Translations under genes and position numbers: made by a program
Notes under the pieces: model-generated
Told to the model about the DNA's origin: nothing
Databases searched by the model: none
The model's input: the letters and a program-made list of their open reading frames with translations, nothing else
Source: Histomonas meleagridis 2922-C6/04-290x
Lineage: Eukaryota > Protista > Parabasalia
Length of the DNA: 64,000 nt
Direction: 5' to 3'
Assembly (NCBI GenBank): GCA_020184695.1
Contig: JAANOX010000030.1
Coordinates: 1 to 64,000, forward strand
Part shown: positions 53,701 through 64,000 of the stretch, one piece after another
Layout: every line of letters begins with the position of its first letter
Numbering within the stretch: the stretch's first letter is position 1

Positions 53701-56700
53701 TTTGGTTGTTCATTACCTCGAATTGAACCACTAATTCCTGGATCAAAAGGTAATGAAAATGCTTTAGATAAACCATTAATACAATTACAATATGAACTTA
53801 AGAAAAAATTACAACGATTAATATTTTCTGGTGTACAATCTAAGTTTAAGTCATTAGATTTATATTTAATACCAAATTGAGTTAATACATTATGACACCA
53901 TTTAATGAAATCATTATAAATAACTTTAGATTGATTAGTTTGTGTAACAATATTTAACATAAAATCAGGCGATTCGATGATATTTTTAATTATATCTATG
54001 AAATGTTGTGCATTAATTAAATAATTCTTTTGTTCATTTGAAGGCTTAGGTAAAAATGTAATAAATTTATATGCAAATGAACTAATTAATTCAATTGTAC
54101 CAGAAGTTGTAAATATGTTTAATATTTTATAAGCCCAATCAGAACCTTGATTCATGAAAGTAACTAAATTAGGTATTATAGAATCAATAAATTTAATTCG
54201 ATTTTGTAAGATTTCATTTTCTGGATCAGGTTTAGTTATCATATTCATTAATATTCCATAAGCATTAAAATAAAATATAGGTCTTAAATAATTTTCATTT
54301 GATAAAACTATATCAATAGTACTTTGATTCATAGGTACTAATTTATGTAATAATGAAACTATAGGTAAATTACGTATTAATATAAATTCTTCATCTTTAA
54401 TTTGTTCTTTAACATTTGTAGGAATTTCAATGTATTTTTGTAAGTTTAATTTCCATACTTCTTGAATTACATTTTGGATTTCATTTCGTGCACAAACTTC
54501 AGCAAATTCAGATAAGAATAATGTATAAATTAATATCGATGGGAATCGTGCAGCATCTTCGAAATAGATATTCTCTAATGTGTTTTCTAATCCAAGCATT
54601 TTAGATAATCTTTCTGATACTCTTTTCGATATTTGATTTGAATTTTCCGTCAATGATGAAAATATTGTTGTATCTATACCATAATCATCACAAATAGTAT
54701 CAAGACGTTGCATAGTTAATAATACTACATCATGAATTTCAGTGAAAGGAGAAGTTAAATGTATCAAAAGTAATGCTTGAAGTTTAGTTGTCCAATTATT
54801 AAACCATTCTTTATCTTCATCTTTAACTACCATTCTAGGTAAAGAAATTAATTGATATAATAAATTAATTAATGTAAAAGCAGAAGAATTACCTATAGTT
54901 TGTGATAAAACAGTATTAATTGCAGATAAAATTGGTTGTACAGTAAATGGCTTATTAATATAAAAAATTTGTAAAGCATATTGAGCGAAAAATGCTAATT
55001 CGAAATGATCACAAATAGTACTCTTAACTATTGGTAAGAAATATTCTTCAGTAGCATCAGCCTTATTAACTATTTGATAAATTAATGAAAACAAATACAT
55101 TGCTGTTCGATCAGATGATGTTGTAGTATTACGTGAGAATCGAGCTACAACTTTTAATTTCTTTTTATATTCGACGATTTCTTTTGAGTTCTTACTAAAT
55201 ATATCTAATATCTTATTACGTGATGCATGAATACGTTCTCGAAATGTACCTACGCCTGATATATCTGGACAAAATTGTGCTTCAATAGTTATTGTTTGAG
55301 GACATTCTTGAACAGAGATAGTCTTACAAACACTTGCAAATGGTGCCATTTCTGGTGGCACAAAAGTTCGAAGTTTCTGTTCAATTAATGGCTTCATATA
55401 AGTTCGTAATACATCAATTTGTCCTTGAACTTTATCTCCACCTCCTTCAACAAAACCAACGGAGTTATCAAATACTAAAGTTAATGCATTAAAGAATGGT
55501 CCAATTCTTTCATCATTAATTGGTAAATTCTTATAATAATCAAGTAAACAACTTACAGTACCAATTAAGTTCCTTGAAAACATATTAAAGATAATTTTGG
55601 TGGCAACTTTCGAACTGTTCATTTTATCAGCAACATAATCTAAAAAGATCTTACAGAAACATGTCTTATCTTTAAGATCTTGTTGTTGATCTGGGAATAA
55701 TAATTGGCCTTTTTCTAATATTAATAAATATCGGCCATTCTTTTCACCATATTCCCAAAATTCATTATCAGGTACAAAATATGGACCACGAATTACATTA
55801 AGAAATGCTTGAAGAATCGCTTGGCTTTCTGATTCTTTTGGTATTTTTTCGAAGAATTCACAACATTTTTTGGCTGTAACATTTTCTTTACGTGATAATA
55901 AAATCGACTGATATTCAATTGCTGTTTTCTTTATGCAACTATCTGGTTTAGAAAAGATTTTGTCTAATTCGGCTAAGTCTTCGGGTTTGGACTCTGAAAT
56001 TTGTAACATTGAGTTCTTTAATGAGTCATATATGATTGGTAAATATGATGACATCTTCTTATCAGATAATTGTGGTAATAAATATTCACTGATAAATGAT
56101 AAGGCTTTGCCATGAGGATGTCTTAACAGTCGATATAATGTGATAACGCGTGATCGAATTGTGGGATCTTTTTCACTAAGAGATGCACATAAGGTTGAGA
56201 CTGATTGCTTATAAAGTGATTCACTTGTGGCAAATAATGACATTAAAACTGAACATTGGCGTAATAAGACAATTAATATTTGTTCTAAAAATGGACGATA
56301 TTTGGATTCAAATGCTTTTCCATATTCTTTTTTAAGTAATGCTACACATGCATTAAGTACATGTGGATCTTTTTCACCATTATCATATGTCATTAATTGT
56401 GAAACCGTATCCGCAAATAGAAAATAAATTAAAAGATCAAAACATTCCTTGTGTAATGGATTTGATTGGTCCACTGAAAGTGATGAAGAAATCTTTGAAT
56501 AAATGTTATTAACATTTTCTTTTTGAGGAAGAATCATTAATAAAGCCTCTATAGCATCATACGGTGATGAAATTCCTACCTCAACAATGGATTTAGTACA
56601 TTCATAATAAGTTTCATAACAACGTGGCCAACCTTGAAATTCTTTGATCACATCTTCTGATTTTCCCTTCACAAGGTTAGTAAATTTCTTCACTGTATCT

Positions 56701-56771
56701 GCCCATATAGGCTGAATTTGGGTTTCAATAACTTGTGGGATATAGCTAATATATATCTTTCCTGACTTCAT
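50739..56771 (-). CDS. Furry/Tao3 (MOR2-PAG1)-like large HEAT scaffold
   Basis: 2010-aa helical protein. WSEDALQWATGCGNLKLAYESCIIY resembles the W..AL.WAT.C..RH.A..S.QI motif of the Furry/Tao3 C-terminal region. Confidence 0.6.
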   Translation of the reverse strand: MKSGKIYISYIPQVIETQIQPIWADTVKKFTNLVKGKSEDVIKEFQGWPRCYETYYECTKSIVEVGISSPYDAIEALLMILPQKENVNNIYSKISSSLSVDQSNPLHKECFDLLIYFLFADTVSQLMTYDNGEKDPHVLNACVALLKKEYGKAFESKYRPFLEQILIVLLRQCSVLMSLFATSESLYKQSVSTLCASLSEKDPTIRSRVITLYRLLRHPHGKALSFISEYLLPQLSDKKMSSYLPIIYDSLKNSMLQISESKPEDLAELDKIFSKPDSCIKKTAIEYQSILLSRKENVTAKKCCEFFEKIPKESESQAILQAFLNVIRGPYFVPDNEFWEYGEKNGRYLLILEKGQLLFPDQQQDLKDKTCFCKIFLDYVADKMNSSKVATKIIFNMFSRNLIGTVSCLLDYYKNLPINDERIGPFFNALTLVFDNSVGFVEGGGDKVQGQIDVLRTYMKPLIEQKLRTFVPPEMAPFASVCKTISVQECPQTITIEAQFCPDISGVGTFRERIHASRNKILDIFSKNSKEIVEYKKKLKVVARFSRNTTTSSDRTAMYLFSLIYQIVNKADATEEYFLPIVKSTICDHFELAFFAQYALQIFYINKPFTVQPILSAINTVLSQTIGNSSAFTLINLLYQLISLPRMVVKDEDKEWFNNWTTKLQALLLIHLTSPFTEIHDVVLLTMQRLDTICDDYGIDTTIFSSLTENSNQISKRVSERLSKMLGLENTLENIYFEDAARFPSILIYTLFLSEFAEVCARNEIQNVIQEVWKLNLQKYIEIPTNVKEQIKDEEFILIRNLPIVSLLHKLVPMNQSTIDIVLSNENYLRPIFYFNAYGILMNMITKPDPENEILQNRIKFIDSIIPNLVTFMNQGSDWAYKILNIFTTSGTIELISSFAYKFITFLPKPSNEQKNYLINAQHFIDIIKNIIESPDFMLNIVTQTNQSKVIYNDFIKWCHNVLTQFGIKYKSNDLNLDCTPENINRCNFFLSSYCNCINGLSKAFSLPFDPGISGSIRGNEQPNWIKPEQLWPIEERRHSFELLIALFKSKNIPSNIKVNEALISLLESVEIFDNKYNIKGEIFKVLAILDSKGNHLFGKVLTNHPILYQHYFKYVLNVNISRGVFFFKGIVEQYVGKYENDTQILNEVDKKSNERCIENTGKLLLISFVYLSSNNEESRKLAFQLLRRILPIFCSFNDPSDIKPSSIINTYIAKHKVDLSGLGFPPSPTQLFEFSNIIAQNMPFISHSIFTEILNFLTLKDEKDSIDPQTIDTLLNVIAPFARLIDLNSPIALPNNYNQQSTFTPFSIITSLISKFQNINKSNYQNYTRIFIEICNNQENVKPLLQILVMIAAGGVNIPAIQTICLALVQTQTSSVLTILTQPLTFASWFNNHIASTKLLSNRPYSPYNWTELSLNVIHEIVLSNVTLLLQYIHIIIHYCLLFVNDTKNILHIQILSLLQAIFESFPNPINIDKDFIISYTNTDSSTCVSIKDIINLIIEQLQIVFPDAINSWSEDALQWATGCGNLKLAYESCIIYSYTLNHASPEDSLLLMNSLDIVLNQKVPPSNEIIHNEILPYIHSILVALYKITQLSIDNGTESLLMHIFQFVSTFIDLVKIDAESSNLALQVLLLFINTKTATTVEQIAPHLLSVAKMLPFTFNDSNVSLFLTSIIYNLPPSISQSVKVISLSMMLPIIFSVVSAFHSIDPYSTFVSDDSVINVFDCARIIGESEFAGEAKYAEIFSKYFGDNSYLLETITPEKLLDVITKEIWDSDPEEVKRITPYYKAIAQQNKVPAIRSATFASVISFLNTSTDKDVATNYFIDIIKIAIEDNNAVARSLIALAGKITKKDGIFADLTPLSINQNEPEEDKIQILAKNVRNISQNIIPQYPTGGEVIIQDHKWAVPMISLSENSQESCQDQINSIKSVVYQPFAEQLQFWSNVQAKPQQKMEHKKVNAPSLFDMFAHSKAKAEKKTKKYQMEQRLSSLEPQNFVLRDEELEEFERRLNF

Positions 56772-56942
56772 TTTTCCGGTGACAAATAATATAAAAAATT
56801 GAAAAGTTTACATTGCCTTAAAATCGCTACCGAAAAGTGCCAATTGTCTTTCTTATTGAAAATTTTATATTTTTTGTCTTAAAAAAAATTTGGATTTAAA
56901 TACAATTTATTAAACAAAACATTTATATAAATCGCTTTTTTC

Positions 56943-58256
56943 TTAAGAAAAACTTTTCTTTCTACCAGGCATTGAAGGTTTCGTTAATACGCCTTTCGAA
57001 CATAGCACGCTTGGCGTTCTATTTCGTGGATGTGGAGGTAGTAATGGGTTTGGAGCTTTACACGGAGAAAAGTTCTTTTTTATATTATGTCCTTTACATA
57101 CATGTGATACTTTATGTATATGTGGTAATTTATTCCGGTTAACTATTTGCACTACTTCGTGTGCTGAATGACAATCATTATAAATAGTAGGCTTCTCAAG
57201 AAGTGGATGTACCATAAAAAAATATGTAATAGTGTTAGAATTTGTTATACCTTTTTGTAAATCATCTATCAATGAATTTCGATCAATGTTTAACTCTTCG
57301 CACTTTTTGAGAGCGGTTTCATCGGCTTTGGTCGGGCGACGTTTATATTTCAATATGTCTGAAAAACCGTTGATTTTATAGAAAATTATCGGTTTGGGCG
57401 CAATGTTGTTCCCAATTGGATCAAGACCATGTAACCATGGATGACTTTGAAGTTGAACAAGTGAACATCGTGATGAAGGATGAACTTCAAGCATTTTTTG
57501 TAAGAGATCTACTAGACCTGGTGAAAATGTTGAAGGATACTTTAAATCAGTGGCTTCTTGAATAAGTTTCCGATAATTACTTGATTGTGTAGAAAAAGGT
57601 AAACGACCTGTTACCATAGCAAATAAACAAACGCCAAGTGACCAAACATCACATTTTTCATTATACTCATTACCAGCTATAATTTCAGGTGATTGATAGC
57701 CTGCTGTACCAACAAATGTCCTAAGAGTATTATTGTAAAATGTACCTGTTAATCCAAAATCTATTATTTTTATGTTGTTTTTGGAATCAAGTAATATATT
57801 TTCTAACTTTAAATCACGATGAACTGCAAAATGGTATATATGAAGATATCGAATTGCGTCAAAAATTTGAATAAATAAAATTTGTGCATCATGTTCTCCT
57901 AAACCTTGGCGTTGAATAACATAATCTAACAATGTGCCTCCAGTTGCATACTCTATAAAAAAGATAAGATTATCTTGAAATAAAGAATAACTGTATAAAT
58001 GACAAATTGATGGATGTGAAACTTGCATAAACACACTAAGTTCACGTAATGTATTTGTAAGACTATTTCCTGTGATGTTTTTAAGATTTACAACTTTCGC
58101 TGCGCAATAATTTGAGGTCGGAATATGTTTAGCAATATAAACATGACTAAATGAACCGCTCCCAATACACTCCATGATCTCGTAGTTATCTACTATTGTT
58201 CCAATTGGAATTAAATCATCCTGCCTGATTTGTGGGATGGTTTCATTTCCTCTCAT
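56943..58256 (-). CDS. CAMK-group (SNF1/MARK-like) Ser/Thr kinase
   Basis: GSGSFSHV, AAK, HRDLKLEN, DFG, GTAGYQSPE and DVWSLG. ATG at 58256. Confidence 0.92.
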   Translation of the reverse strand: MRGNETIPQIRQDDLIPIGTIVDNYEIMECIGSGSFSHVYIAKHIPTSNYCAAKVVNLKNITGNSLTNTLRELSVFMQVSHPSICHLYSYSLFQDNLIFFIEYATGGTLLDYVIQRQGLGEHDAQILFIQIFDAIRYLHIYHFAVHRDLKLENILLDSKNNIKIIDFGLTGTFYNNTLRTFVGTAGYQSPEIIAGNEYNEKCDVWSLGVCLFAMVTGRLPFSTQSSNYRKLIQEATDLKYPSTFSPGLVDLLQKMLEVHPSSRCSLVQLQSHPWLHGLDPIGNNIAPKPIIFYKINGFSDILKYKRRPTKADETALKKCEELNIDRNSLIDDLQKGITNSNTITYFFMVHPLLEKPTIYNDCHSAHEVVQIVNRNKLPHIHKVSHVCKGHNIKKNFSPCKAPNPLLPPHPRNRTPSVLCSKGVLTKPSMPGRKKSFS

Positions 58257-58972
58257 ATTGGCATTAATATTTTCGTTCAAATTATTTTGTCAGAAAAATT
58301 TTGGTGCAGAAAAGCATTTTTTCCTTATGAAACAAACTCCAATAAGTTATTAAAATACTGGCTCGTTTGCAGGGACATAGAAAAAGCATACAAGAAATAG
58401 AAGTTGTTGTTATGTATTTTGTATCATTAGAAAAAAATTATTTTTCTAAACTTATGTTTCCTTCCAGCTCATGTATCTGGTATTTTTTATAACGTTATTT
58501 TGGATAAACAAAAATTATTTATTGGAGTAGTGAGTTTGAACCAATCAATTATGTAATGATGTCATGCCTATGCTTTTAACAATGAGAAATAAGTAATGCA
58601 CATAACATTCATCCAAAGATAAGGATGTGTCGCTTTTTTTAAACTTTTTATGACCTTTCTCTGGGCATTCTGGGAAAGCCGAATTTTAAATGGTTTGAAT
58701 GCATCGGTTTTTTATAATGAGTAAACATTTCAAAATCCACTTTTTCATAAATTATCGCTAAATGTTGTTTTCTTATTTGTTAACAAATAAATGCATTTAT
58801 TATTTATTGTTTCTATAAAATATTTATCCAAATACTCTTATTAATTAAGGGCTGGGTTTTCGTATCATTTGGTTAATTCAATAAATAAGAAATAACTTAT
58901 CAAATGAATTAAAAAAAAAAGTTCTACACGGAAATTATTTATTAATTCAACCTATTTTAAAACAATATTTAA

Positions 58973-61017
58973 TTAAAGTTCCCGTGTCTTTTTCGTAAGT
59001 AGACTTATCATTTCTTTGTTTCCTTTTGCTGTTGCAATTTGAATTGCTGTTAAAAACAATGTGAATAACTTCTAAATAATATTTTGATACTTCAATTTTT
59101 TTAAAAAAACATCAGATTATCAAAAGAACCTTTAAGTTATAAAAACAAATTTTAACTTATTAAAACAAACAATAAAACATTAAAATAAAAATTAAATAAT
59201 GAAAATCAATTTTAAAATAATGAAACGAATTTTAAATCAACGAAACGAACATTATATCAAAAAAACGAATTCTAAATTTTTAAAACATATATAAAACTAT
59301 AAAAGCAAATATCAAAATATTAAAAGAAATTTCAAACAATAAAAAGAAATTTCAAATTATTTAAACAAAATTTATATTCGCAAAGCAAAAATTAAAATAT
59401 TAAAAAGGATTTCATACTATATAATAAAACATATACTGCAACAACATCAGCGCCTTTTTCTAATAGCAATTTAACCAATTCTATATTATTGTCATTAACT
59501 GCCAAATGAAGAGCTGTTCCAAATTATTAAATTAAATTTTATACAATTAAAATGGACACGAAATAGTTAAAATAAATCTCAAATAATTAAAGCAAATGAT
59601 AAATTGTTGAAAAAAATATAAAACAACCAAAACAAACACGAAATTATTGAAACAAATTTTGAAACATTAAAATAAATATGAAATTATTGAAACAAATGTT
59701 AAACAATTAAAACTAATTCTAAATTATTATAACAAATAATATGTTATTAAAATAAATATCAAAACAAGAAGACAAACATCAAATTCATTAAACAAACACA
59801 AAATAATTAAAATAAATTTTAAATGATTAAAATTAATATAAAATTAATAATATAAACGATAAATTCTTTAAATAAATGTAAAATTATTTAAATAAATTTC
59901 AAATTATATAAATCAATATATTTTGCATTGATGTCAACCCCCTTATGCTCTAAAAGCAATTTAACAAATTCGATATTATTATTTCTGATTGCAAAATGAA
60001 GTGCTGTTCCGAATCATTAAAATAAATTCTAAATTTTTAAAATGAATATCAAATCAACAAAATAAACTGTAAATTATTCAAACAGACAGAAATTAATTAA
60101 AAAGAATTTCAAATGATTAAAATAAATATCAAATTATTAAAACAAATGATAAATTACAAAAACAAATATCATATTATAAAAACAAATATAAAGTTGTTAA
60201 AATAAATTCCAAACTAGATTTACAAATATAAAATTTCCCAAATAAACTGCAATTGATAAAAACAAATTTCAAGCTACATAAATAAATATAAAATTGCTCA
60301 AATAAACTGTAATTGATAAAAACAAATTTCGAATCATCAAAACAAATTACAAATTTTTCAAACAAATTATCATTCACAAAAATAAACCACAGATTATCAA
60401 AAGAAATTTTAGGATTTAAAAAGAAATTTTAAATTAATGAAAGATATATAAAGTTCGTCAAATAGATATCAAATTATTTATATGAATTTCAAATCATATA
60501 AATCAATATAAATTGCATTAACATTAATTCCTTTATGTTCTAAAAGTAATTTAACGAATTCAACATTATTGTTTTCAATTGCTTTATGAAGTACTGTTCT
60601 AAACTATTAAAATAAATTTGAAAACACAAAAATGAATTTTAAATCATCAAAATAAACAATAAATTATTGAAACAAAAATAAAATTGTTAAAACAAACTTC
60701 AAACAACTAAAAAAATCATTAAATAATTAAAGCAAATATTATATTATCAAAACGAATATATAATATTTAAAACAAATCCTAAAATATTAAAAGGAATTGT
60801 AAAATTTTAAAAGAAATACAAAATTATTAAAATGGATATAAAATACTTAAAACCAATATCAAATTGTTAAAATGAATTTTAAGTAATTAAAATAAATTAC
60901 AAATTATTAAATGAAATTGTAGAATATTAAAAGAAATTCTAGACCAAAAAAAGAAATATAGAATTAATTAAAGAAAGATAAAATTATCATAATATATTTT
61001 AAATCATCAAAGCATAT
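58973..61017 (-). repeat. Ankyrin cassette array 3: four cores separated by stacks of 19-25 twenty-nt units
   Basis: Core starts are at 60597, 60007, 59517 and 59050. The stacks are 60598-61017, 60008-60507, 59518-59917 and 59051-59430. The terminal core ends TAA at 58973. Confidence 0.9.
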
Positions 61018-62166
61018 ATCACTATAATTAATATCTATTCCTTTTTGTTCTAGAAGATATTTAACAAGTTCAATATTTTCTGATTCTGCTGAAGATATTA
61101 ATATATTTTTTGGCACTGGATAATTTTCGAGGAAATATTTAAGAATAAACAAGTTACCATGTGTTGCTATTTTATTGATAATATCATCATCAAATTTTAT
61201 ACCTTCTTTTTCTTGCAAAAATGAAAATATTTCATAGTTGTCATAAAAAATACATATTTTTACTAAATTTTCTACATTAAAGGATTTTTTAATTTTATTA
61301 TCATAAAGATAATAAAAGATATTATTTCGATGAAATTCAATTGCTGTTTCATATGCTTTATCAAATGATGAATGATTTTGTTCACATAAATGAATAATCT
61401 CAATATTTCCACCTGCAATTGCATATTTACCCGTATCTTCTGCAACTGCTCCATTCATAAGTAAATATTTAAAGCATTTAATAGATCCAAAAAATGCTGT
61501 ATAATCAATTAATGAAATATTAGGTCTGTTAATAAAAGAATATCTTTCATAAATTGATGGGTTAATTTTTTGATTAAAATCAAAATTTGCTTGTGATGAT
61601 ATTTCTTGAAGTTTTTTTATTTCATCATTTCGAATTATTTTGATAATTTCATTCGGATTAACGCCTTCTTTAACATATTTTTTATGAAGTTTAAAATTAT
61701 TCCTTGTAAGTTTTTTATAATTTTTATGAAAATAATCTTCCATACCTCCCTTATAAAGTACAATTTTATTTTCTTTTTCTGTTTTATAATGTGCAAAATA
61801 TTTAAAATCAATGTTTCTTGTAATATTTTTATCAATTAAATTTCGTTCAATCATTCTTTCTATTAGATAATATGATTCTTGTAAATGGTCTTTTGTTTTT
61901 AATAAAATTAAACTAAAAATATCAATAAGCTTAGGACCATTTTTATTAATTTCTGATTCAAGATTTTGAAGTGATTCCAAGTAATCTAAATAAACATTGT
62001 AAGTATTACCTTGAGAATAAAATGCATAAAAAACTAATTTACTGATGATAAAGTTAAATGAATATAAATTTGATTCATATAATTTCATTGTCTGTTGAAT
62101 TGATATCTCAAGATCTTCTTCCTTTAAATTAAAAATGATATGTTCAAGAGATATTTGTGCTTCCAT
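60964..62166 (-). CDS. DUF3447-type ankyrin-repeat protein 3 (5' ORF; continues into array 3)
   Basis: Paralog with SLIDYTAFFGSIKCFKYL..YAIAGGNIEIIHLCEQ. Natural sequence ends ..GIDINYSD at 61018. Confidence 0.85.
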   Translation of the reverse strand: MEAQISLEHIIFNLKEEDLEISIQQTMKLYESNLYSFNFIISKLVFYAFYSQGNTYNVYLDYLESLQNLESEINKNGPKLIDIFSLILLKTKDHLQESYYLIERMIERNLIDKNITRNIDFKYFAHYKTEKENKIVLYKGGMEDYFHKNYKKLTRNNFKLHKKYVKEGVNPNEIIKIIRNDEIKKLQEISSQANFDFNQKINPSIYERYSFINRPNISLIDYTAFFGSIKCFKYLLMNGAVAEDTGKYAIAGGNIEIIHLCEQNHSSFDKAYETAIEFHRNNIFYYLYDNKIKKSFNVENLVKICIFYDNYEIFSFLQEKEGIKFDDDIINKIATHGNLFILKYFLENYPVPKNILISSAESENIELVKYLLEQKGIDINYSDICFDDLKYIMIILSFFN

Positions 62167-62926
62167 TGCTTTGGTTAAAAATTACACTTTTATATACCAA
62201 CAATTTGCCAACCGATGAGATTTTAAAACAAGAACAGAAATCAATGTATCTGCAACTACGATCGTAGTCGCCAGTCAAAAAACATTAAGATAGCAATTTT
62301 CGTAAACTTGTTAATTCCCCAAAACCAATCTTAAGCTATCTGATGTTCTGGGAAAGTATATTCATATGTTTTTTAAAGGAATTTATTTAACATCTTTTTA
62401 CTTATTTTCAATTTATATTTTAATATAAAAATCTTAATTCATTATTCAAAATATATCATATTCTAATGATTCTTATGTTTTTTTAAAAATATTAATTAAT
62501 CATGTTTTACCACCCGCACTATTCTTTATTCTACTCTTAACTTTTATATAATTTCATAACTATTTCTCAATGAGTTAATTATAAAACTTTTTTTTGTTTG
62601 CTTCGCTTTGCTCCGCAAACAACGCGAAGCACATTTTTGGCAACATTCAAAAAAATTTATTGAAACAAGAAGAACTTACAAATTACATCTTAAGCAAGCG
62701 CGTGAAACAATAAACAAATCAAATAAGAAATGATTAGTTAAGAGTCAATTATGTTGAGATCAAAGATCTTATCACTATTTTTTGTTTAGTAATATTTAAA
62801 GTTATTCTCCAAATTAGTTTTGCTTTTATTAAATTAAGAAATTTTTACGAAAAAGTGCATAAATGTTAACTGAAAATAAACTATACAAAAATTGTGAGGT
62901 GAATATTTGTACGTTACAAAAGAGGA

Positions 62927-64000
62927 ATGACTGTTCTCCCAATAAAGGTCTTTATTAGAACAAGGCCGACAACAAATTTTGCAGGAGAAAGCATTAAAAT
63001 ATATGACGACCATCAAACAATTACTGTTAATATTGATAAATCAGATCCACTAAATTTTTTAAATTCACCTGAAAGTAATTATTCATTTAAATTCCATAGT
63101 GTTCTTCACAATGTTAGTCAAGAAATTGTATTTGAAGAAGTAGCTCGCGAAATTGTTGATTCATTTATTCAAGGATATAATGGTTGTATTTTCTGTTATG
63201 GACATCGAGGTTCCGGGAAAACATTCACAATGTATGGTGGTATCCGCCACTTCAAGTATCGTGGTATCATTCCACGTTCACTTTCATATATTTTCCAAGA
63301 AATCACCAAATTTAAGACCATCCAATTTACAATTTCAATTCAATATTTCCAAATTTATAATAATATTATATATGACCTTCTTTGTGATGAAGAAAAAACT
63401 ATGATAATTGCAGAAGATGAAAATGGTAATACATATGTCCAAAATATGTCATCACATGAAATTACAGATGTAACGCAAGCCCTTCAACTTCTAATTGATG
63501 GTGATTCTAAACTTCATCTTATGGAGCATAAACATAATAGAAAAGTATATCGAAGTCATACAGTTTTTGTTGTTGAAATGATAAGTAAAAAAGGTACTCG
63601 AATGACTCATTCAAGATTACAACTTTTAGATCTTGCAGCCGAAGATGAAGCATCTGATTCTGCGTATGTTAACAAATCAATGTCTTATTTGCAGCAACTT
63701 GTTATTTCCATTAATAATCATGGAAAAGATCATTTACCATTTCGACGTTCTAAACTTACATATCTTCTTCGCGATGCAATTGGAGGTAATTGCCGAACTG
63801 CAGTTATTGCTAATGTTTGGCCCGAGAAAGAAAATATAAAAAATGCTGTTTCTACTTTTCAATTTGCTACACAACTTTCGCAAGTAAAAAATAATTCTAA
63901 AGTTAATATAATGGAACCACCCGAATTAAGAATAGAACGACTTCAAAGTGAACTTGATTTACTTCATGCAGAATGTAAATTACAAGATGAACTTGGAGGA
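62927..64000 (+). CDS. Kinesin motor-domain protein (kinesin-9/KIF6-KIF9-like, degenerate); runs off the window and is missing from the ORF track
   Basis: Open frame from ATG 62927: IKVFIRTRP..FKFHSVLHNVSQEIVF..GYNGCIFCYGHRGSGKTFTM..RGIIPR..HLPFRRSKLTYLLRDAIGGNCRTAVIANVWPE. Confidence 0.9.
   Translation, partial: MTVLPIKVFIRTRPTTNFAGESIKIYDDHQTITVNIDKSDPLNFLNSPESNYSFKFHSVLHNVSQEIVFEEVAREIVDSFIQGYNGCIFCYGHRGSGKTFTMYGGIRHFKYRGIIPRSLSYIFQEITKFKTIQFTISIQYFQIYNNIIYDLLCDEEKTMIIAEDENGNTYVQNMSSHEITDVTQALQLLIDGDSKLHLMEHKHNRKVYRSHTVFVVEMISKKGTRMTHSRLQLLDLAAEDEASDSAYVNKSMSYLQQLVISINNHGKDHLPFRRSKLTYLLRDAIGGNCRTAVIANVWPEKENIKNAVSTFQFATQLSQVKNNSKVNIMEPPELRIERLQSELDLLHAECKLQDELGG

Noticed and set aside
60174-60377. 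67-aa ORF with internal 20-aa repeat
   Set aside because: It is chance translation of the 20-nt units (three units = 60 nt in frame) and has no independent coding signal.
58973-61017. CRISPR-like array
   Set aside because: There are no invariant direct repeats with unique spacers and no cas genes, and the context is eukaryotic. The units are mutually similar degenerate 20-mers.
6385-63839. Numerous short overlapping or antisense ORFs in the supplied track
   Set aside because: They overlap well-supported genes in other frames, often start at non-ATG codons and show no motifs.

Overview
Gene-dense, very AT-rich eukaryotic window, most likely a parabasalid (Trichomonas/Tritrichomonas-like). 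This is inferred from gene content: DUF3447-type ankyrin genes, many short R2R3-Myb genes, a BspA-like fragment and TCA(T/C)T initiator-like motifs. Housekeeping genes are uninterrupted ORFs: CSN7-like, two CAMK-group kinases, Dbp5-like helicase, Rae1, RPS16, proteasome alpha, exportin-like, SRP receptor alpha, TOR, syntaxin, Ras, Furry/Tao3-like and a degenerate kinesin. There are two identical tRNA-Ile(GAU) genes and two decayed RLE-type non-LTR retroelement remnants at the left end. The standout feature is three minus-strand ankyrin loci (about 3.2-6.0, 43.0-45.7 and 59.0-62.2 kb). In each, intact 90-nt ankyrin cores (30 codons) are separated, always at the same position in the repeat, by stacks of degenerate 20-nt units that mostly begin (A/G)T. 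By hand count, 21 of 23 junctions are exact multiples of 20 nt (60, 80, 380, 400, 420, 500) and the other two are 63 nt. There are no consistent GT-AG boundaries and most stacks break the frame. This looks like an unexplained processing or diversification system. All counts are manual; no database search was run.
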